A stretch of 64,000 nt of DNA from Candidatus Bathyarchaeota archaeon. GTDB lineage: Archaea > Thermoproteota > Bathyarchaeia > Bathyarchaeales > Bathycorpusculaceae. The stretch is from the NCBI GenBank assembly GCA_963707955.1, contig OY970176.1:1376001-1440000 (forward strand), written 5' to 3'. A program made the translations under genes and the position numbers. The notes under the pieces were generated by a model. It worked only from the letters and a program-made list of their open reading frames with translations, was not told the DNA's origin and made no database searches. This document shows, piece after piece, positions 58,935 through 64,000 of the stretch. Numbering within the stretch: position 1 is the first letter of the stretch; each line of letters starts with the position of its first letter.

Positions 58935-59537
58935 ATGATCCTGAACAGAAAATTTTTTGAACGAGACACATTGACTGTTACGAAAGAGCTCCTTGGAAAA
59001 TTCCTTATTCATGAGAACACAGAAGGAACCACGATAGGCAAAATCGTTGAGACAGAAGCCTACATAGGTCCAGAGGATAAGGCATCTCATGCCTACAACA
59101 ATCTCCGCACACAACGGACAGGAGTTCAGTTCGGGCCCAAGGGGCACGCATACATCTATCAAGTTTATGGAATGTATTTTTGTCTTAACGCCACAAGTGG
59201 AAGCCTTGTTGGAAAACCGGAGGCAATCTTAGTGAGAGCGTTGGAGCCGATAGAGGGTGTTGAACTCATGATCACAAGGAGAGGTTCTGCTAGAAGTCGG
59301 ATACTCAGTTTAGCCAACGGCCCAAGCAAGCTTTGCATTGCCATGGGCATATCGAAAAAGCAAAATGGTGCAGACTTGTGTGTTCCGCCTTTATGCATTG
59401 AGACGGGTGTGACGGTAAATGAGAAACAGGTCATTCAAACAACAAGGGTTAACGTGGACTATGCAGAGGGATGGAAGCATTTGCCTTGGAGATTCTTCTT
59501 AAAGGATAATTGCTTTGTATCAAAGCCGGGCAAGTAG
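58935..59537 (+). CDS. mpg: 3-methyladenine DNA glycosylase (MPG/AAG family)
   Basis: LLGK, IVETEAYIG.ED.ASH, YIY..YGM, AILVRALEP, NGPSKL, PWRF. Confidence 0.95.
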   Translation: MILNRKFFERDTLTVTKELLGKFLIHENTEGTTIGKIVETEAYIGPEDKASHAYNNLRTQRTGVQFGPKGHAYIYQVYGMYFCLNATSGSLVGKPEAILVRALEPIEGVELMITRRGSARSRILSLANGPSKLCIAMGISKKQNGADLCVPPLCIETGVTVNEKQVIQTTRVNVDYAEGWKHLPWRFFLKDNCFVSKPGK

Positions 59538-59656
59538 ATGAAAAAGCAGATATGAACCCGCCTAGCGCGCGCTACTGGAAAGCCCTATATGGTTAATTTT
59601 TGTTCTATTAGCGACAGAAAGGTTGTCAAATGGTCTAAAGGAAGCAGACCTAGTAG

Positions 59657-60664
59657 ATGTCCATCCAGAAGCAAGTTGTAGAAGCTCTAATGAAACCTGA
59701 GGCTTATGATGAACAAGCAGGCAGGATTGAACTGACCCAGACTCACATATCCTTCGTCTTTTTAACCAGAAATTTTGTCTACAAAGTGAAGAAGGCTGTG
59801 AATCTCGGATTTCTGGACTTCACAACGCTCGAAAAGAGGCGGTTCTTCTGCGAAAGAGAGCTAGAGCTCAACAAACGCTTGTGCGAGGGCATGTATCTTG
59901 AGGTTGTTCCCATCAACAGATCAAACGTGATTAGAATTAGGGGCGAAGGACAAACTGTCGAATATGCTGTGAAGATGAAGAGAATGCCTCAGGAAAAGAT
60001 GATGAACAAGCTGCTCGAAGAGAACAAGGTGGACAATAAGCTTATTGACAGAATAGCGAAGATCATCGCTGAATTCCATTCAAAGGCGGAAACGAACAAG
60101 AGGATAAGCGAGTTCGGTTCCTTGGCGATAATAGAAACCAATTGGAAAGAAAATTTCGAACAGACTTCGAGGTTTGTCGGCAAGACGATAACAACGAAGG
60201 ATTTCAAGCTAATCCGTGAAAGAGTCAACGATTTCATGAAGAAAACTGTGTCCTTTTTTCAGAAGAGGGCTGAGGAGGGCCGAGTCAAAGACTGCCACGG
60301 GGACATTCATTCGGGTAACATCTTTTTAGCAGACCGAATTTACATCTTCGATGCGATAGAATTCAACGAAAGATTTAGGTATTCTGACGTTGCCTCCGAT
60401 ATAGCCTTCCTAGCTATGGATTTAGACTTCAAAGGACGAACCGATCTGTCTAACTTCTTCGTCAAGAGATATGTTGAATATTCTGGAGACCAAAAGTTGA
60501 TCAAGATTCTTCCTTTCTACAAATGCTACCGAGCCTACGTGCGAGGAAAAGTTGCCAGTTTCAAACTTGAAGACACCAGTGTAAGCAGTGGGGAAAAGAG
60601 AGGAGCAATGAGAGAAGCAAAGGAATACTTTCAATTAGCTTCCGCTTATGCGGAAACTCTTTGA
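59657..60664 (+). CDS. Kinase-fold protein, N-terminal half of the COG2187-type APH/AAA_33 bifunctional family
   Basis: THIS.VFL, YKVKK.V.LGFLDF.TLEKR..FC..E..LN.RL, CHGDIH.GNI, FDAIEFNERFR. Confidence 0.9.
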   Translation: MSIQKQVVEALMKPEAYDEQAGRIELTQTHISFVFLTRNFVYKVKKAVNLGFLDFTTLEKRRFFCERELELNKRLCEGMYLEVVPINRSNVIRIRGEGQTVEYAVKMKRMPQEKMMNKLLEENKVDNKLIDRIAKIIAEFHSKAETNKRISEFGSLAIIETNWKENFEQTSRFVGKTITTKDFKLIRERVNDFMKKTVSFFQKRAEEGRVKDCHGDIHSGNIFLADRIYIFDAIEFNERFRYSDVASDIAFLAMDLDFKGRTDLSNFFVKRYVEYSGDQKLIKILPFYKCYRAYVRGKVASFKLEDTSVSSGEKRGAMREAKEYFQLASAYAETL

Positions 60665-60734
60665 TGAGCCCAAAGAAAACTCGACAGGGTACGTGTGGTT
60701 TGCCATTTGCTATAGGATTTCTTCAGGGGACAGT

Positions 60735-61607
60735 TCACTTAATGCTGAATTGATCGGCTACAAATTCTGGGACTTTCACCGTTCCCATGAGGATCGGCTT
60801 TTGATGGCAATCGCTTCCCCCAGTCATGATTAGTCCATGTTTTCTTGCAAACTTTGTGTAATGATTCGTCGTTGCGGAGTCATTTCTAGAGTGCCAACAC
60901 TCTATGCCATCAATGTATCCTAGGAACAACTCTTCTATTATGTCCGTCTGCTTTCGCAGAGATTTGGTCAGGGTCGCAAGTGAGGTCCCATGAGGATCGT
61001 TAGGATGAGCCAAAACTACTAATCCTCCAGCATTTCTTACAAGTCTCGAAGCCTCTTCGATGTAAAGAGGAAACTTGGGAACATCACATTTCACAAGATA
61101 CTTGTCAAAAGCTTCTTGTTTTGTTTTAACAACTCCCTTTCTCACAAGATAGTTTGCTATGTGAGGCCTTCCAATAACACCGTCAACGGAACTCTGAATC
61201 TCGCTCAAATCGTTTTTGGTTAACTTTTCGAATCCTTCTTTTTCAAACTCCGCATTGATCTTGTCCAAAATCCTTGCCGCTCTTTCCTCTCGATATTGTG
61301 CGATTTGTATCAGCTTGTCACTTAACTCCCTATTCTTTGTGTCAAATTGATAACCCAAGAAATCCAGAGATGCTGATTTGCCCTTCAAATATCCGGCGTC
61401 CAATAGGGTTACGTTCAATTCAACTCCAACAACATAACGGATCCCATTTTTCTTCGTCAAAGCTATGGCTTCTTCTTGACAGCTAATTGAGTCGTGATCT
61501 GTGATCGACATCAACCCGATTTTTCTGATTTTAGCCTCCCTAACAAGTTCTTCAACAGTGAAGTTTCCATCAGAGCTTTTTGAATGAATATGCAAATCTA
61601 TTACCAT
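60735..61607 (-). CDS. PHP-domain phosphoesterase (TrpH/YciV-like)
   Basis: DLHIHS..SDG, ITDHD, GRPH, LAHP, TGGSDCH. Confidence 0.93.
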   Translation of the reverse strand: MVIDLHIHSKSSDGNFTVEELVREAKIRKIGLMSITDHDSISCQEEAIALTKKNGIRYVVGVELNVTLLDAGYLKGKSASLDFLGYQFDTKNRELSDKLIQIAQYREERAARILDKINAEFEKEGFEKLTKNDLSEIQSSVDGVIGRPHIANYLVRKGVVKTKQEAFDKYLVKCDVPKFPLYIEEASRLVRNAGGLVVLAHPNDPHGTSLATLTKSLRKQTDIIEELFLGYIDGIECWHSRNDSATTNHYTKFARKHGLIMTGGSDCHQKPILMGTVKVPEFVADQFSIK

Positions 61608-61621
61608 AAAACAGGGTCCAT

Positions 61622-62224
61622 CTACCTTTTTTCCATCCCGATTATGTACCAATCCTCAGGATGATCATACTCAGTGTCGACTGTTAAGTGTAATATTCGG
61701 AGTTCCGGATATCTCTTTTTCAAATCATCCAAGTCAACGGTCTCAAACTTCTTCTTGTTGTTAAGATAAGCTTCTCTTGTTAAGGCATTTGACTCGTAGT
61801 TCTCTTTGGTTCTTCTCAAAATCCTTGCAATGGAAACTTCTTCAGAGCAGTGAGTCTGAAGTATGGCAAAAGCCATGTTGTACTTTGCAGCTATCGCAGC
61901 AGCCCGTCTTCGCAGTTCTTGGGTTACAAAAGTAGCATCCAATATTACGCCTCTGCCCGTCTTTACAAGATCTTCTGCTCGGCGAAACGTCTCATCATAG
62001 ACAAGCTCTCGTTTGCTCATATTTGATGCGACTTTTTCGTCAAAAATGTCCTCCTTCTTGAGAACCTCAAGTCGAATCAAATCGGTTCGAAGGATGGGGT
62101 ATCCCTTGATTCTTGAGATTTCCTCTGAGGTCTCTGTTTTCCAGGTTCCTGGGAGTCCGCATGTAATCAGTAGAGTTCTGGGCTCTAACTCAGCCTTAAC
62201 AAAGTCGGCAAAAGGCTCTCTCAA
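61622..62224 (-). CDS. AAA_33 P-loop kinase (COG0645-like)
   Basis: CGLPGTWKT, TD.IR, VILDATF. Confidence 0.85.
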   Translation of the reverse strand: MREPFADFVKAELEPRTLLITCGLPGTWKTETSEEISRIKGYPILRTDLIRLEVLKKEDIFDEKVASNMSKRELVYDETFRRAEDLVKTGRGVILDATFVTQELRRRAAAIAAKYNMAFAILQTHCSEEVSIARILRRTKENYESNALTREAYLNNKKKFETVDLDDLKKRYPELRILHLTVDTEYDHPEDWYIIGMEKR

Positions 62225-62642
62225 CTAGACACACTCTCGCAGTCAAATCTAGACAAGGAAAAATTAAACCTTTGCGGCAAGAAACGACCTCTTTGACAAG
62301 GTCACAGCAACAAGTGAAAAGAATACATCAATTGAAGAAACCAGCGATAGAAGCTCTGAGCGAAACAGAAGCGAAAGAGTCGTGAAATCGAGTTCCTGTT
62401 AACAGGCAAAGAAACCTTAGAAAGTTAATCAACGCTTCTAAAGACAAAATATCATCTATCAAATCCATCACCAGCGAGTCATCCAAGGCGCGCGATACCA
62501 AAAACCAAGATTCTCATTAGGAGACTCAGTGAATGAAGTCAGGCTCTCCCTGGCAGTGTCCTGGATTTTCTGAGTTGCTAGGAAAAGGTGCGAGGTGCTC
62601 ACCAAGAGAATACTAATATTCTGTTGCAATAGAATGACAAGC

Positions 62643-62936
62643 ATGGACATCGTTGAGGTTAGCAAGAGAGTGTACCGATTTCAGAAAGAACGGGTTACGG
62701 AGTTGGGTGTTGAGCTAACGCCTGAGCTTGTGTTCTTTCATCTCTCGGAAGAGATTGGCGAAATAGCTCGGCAGCTGGTAAACAAAAACCTGCCAATGAG
62801 AGAGTACGAAGTAGGTAACTTGAAAGAAGAGATTGCTCAGACACTGCTGGATTTGCTTGTTCTTTCCGAGGTTTTCAACATTGATTTACCTGAGGCCCTA
62901 AACAGGAAGATAGATGAAATGACAAGAAGACAGTGA
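62643..62936 (+). CDS. MazG-like nucleotide pyrophosphohydrolase
   Basis: LSEEIGEIA...LKEEIAQ.L..L..L...FNIDL.EAL.RK. Confidence 0.82.
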   Translation: MDIVEVSKRVYRFQKERVTELGVELTPELVFFHLSEEIGEIARQLVNKNLPMREYEVGNLKEEIAQTLLDLLVLSEVFNIDLPEALNRKIDEMTRRQ

Positions 62937-63290
62937 CCCCTATTTCAAGAAGTCTCTAAGCATCGGCGCGCATGTCTGTTCCTAAGTTGCTTGTGGGTAG
63001 GGTTTCTTGTTTTGTTTAGTTCGTGGACGACGATGCGTGTTAGGATGCGTCTCTTGGAGAGACATGGCTCAGTTGCGGGGCAGAGAAGGTGGCTCTGGAA
63101 AAATGCGTGCGCCATTCGGGGGAGGGGGGACTTCTCTTGCTCTGACACCCCCTACCCCCGGTCAACGATATGATCCAAATATGATTCAAAGCTCATGCGT
63201 ATGTCCAACTTAGCTCACCTCCGTCAGGCTTGAAAAACTAGTCTAGGAACACGCATGCGCGCTAACACGTCTTGACTTCTACGTTCGCTT

Positions 63291-64000
63291 TCAAAAGGTT
63301 TCTAAACCGTGCTCAAGCACGAGTTCATCATCAATCTGAACCGTCGCGCGAGTCATTGAGGCCCACCAGTGACGATTTCCAGTTGTCCTGTTCCTTCCTC
63401 CTTTGTCTTCGTTACCCCCGATCCCTAAAGTGAATCCGCCTAAGACCTTATCGTCCTGAGTAAAACCGTGCTTCAAACCAGGATTGAGGCCTATTCCGAA
63501 GAATCCAAACTTATCCACATCGCCTCCAGCTGAATCTAAATACTTCCTGAAGGCTTCAACTCCGACTAGCGCGGAGTACTTGCCAAGTTTACCATGCTTA
63601 AACTCCAAAGTCAATCCTTCAATCCTCTTTGCTCCTCGAACCAAGATCGGCGAGTCATAAACTACTTTTCCATCAGCACTATCCTCATCTGCAGCCGTCT
63701 CCACGAAGCCTGACGGCAGAAACTTCACGGTACCCTCAGTTGCGTCCTTCTCGCTAACTATACTGTCACCAATGATTGGTCTGCGTCCAGCTAGCCCGAA
63801 TCTGAGGTTTGTGCCAGAGGGTGTTCGAACACTCACCTCGTCGCCGTCGCGGATGATCCTGACCAGTTCAGCGGCTTTTTTTGCGATTTCGCGTTGGTCA
63901 GTGATACAACCTGCAAGCATCACTTCTCTCCATCTCGCATGATTCAAACCCCAAGCCTGCGACCATTCTTCTGTGGCCAGGCAATACTCAATTCCCAGCA
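63291..64000 (-). CDS. Aminopeptidase T / M29-like protein (5' end outside the window)
   Basis: TPSGTNL.F, LPSG.V, FGIGLNP, DDKVLG..TLGIG.N..GG.N. Confidence 0.8.
   Translation of the reverse strand, partial: LGIEYCLATEEWSQAWGLNHARWREVMLAGCITDQREIAKKAAELVRIIRDGDEVSVRTPSGTNLRFGLAGRRPIIGDSIVSEKDATEGTVKFLPSGFVETAADEDSADGKVVYDSPILVRGAKRIEGLTLEFKHGKLGKYSALVGVEAFRKYLDSAGGDVDKFGFFGIGLNPGLKHGFTQDDKVLGGFTLGIGGNEDKGGRNRTTGNRHWWASMTRATVQIDDELVLEHGLETF

Noticed and set aside
1-64000. CRISPR array or integron attC array
   Set aside because: No regularly spaced 24-47 bp repeats and no cas genes. The CG tracts are short, irregularly spaced and lack attC R/L box structure.

Overview
Archaeal chromosome segment. 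The gene set (class I LysRS, eIF2-gamma/Rpo7/Spt4/S24e/S27ae cluster, L3-L4-L23-L2-S19, AcnX, Fae-Hps, Alba, TBP, Cren7-like proteins) points to TACK, most plausibly Bathyarchaeia (inference). Roughly 1-38.4 kb and 53.1-64 kb are ordinary housekeeping and metabolic genes, including tRNA-Glu(TTC), an AsnC/AsnA/three-gene glutamate synthase cluster, and an SPFH/Zn-ribbon operon. 38.4-53.1 kb is a mosaic island. It holds apparently intact nucleic-acid-handling genes (Alba, TBP, OB-fold SSB, two Cren7-like proteins, TRAM, YhbY, Cdc48, RsmB, S17e), several tiny Lys/Arg-rich or Cys-rich ORFs below the ORF-track cutoff, and many short relics of unrelated genes. The main unexplained signal is an iterated palindrome, (CG)3-5 and often TA-GCGCGCGC-TA. 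It is concentrated in intergenic DNA, and at six places a recognisable reading frame is cut at or within a few bases of it (DUF2283-like, L35Ae, histidine-kinase HATPase, flavodoxin-like, HEPN-like, tyrosine integrase). This suggests a sequence-marked DNA end-joining or fragment-shuffling process. Other notable points: an HTH domain fused to Fae-Hps (across a 1-nt frameshift) behind a promoter with many CYGACA repeats, a CTG start for Rpo7, and C55 in the tRNA T-loop. All family calls are by eye; no database searches were run.
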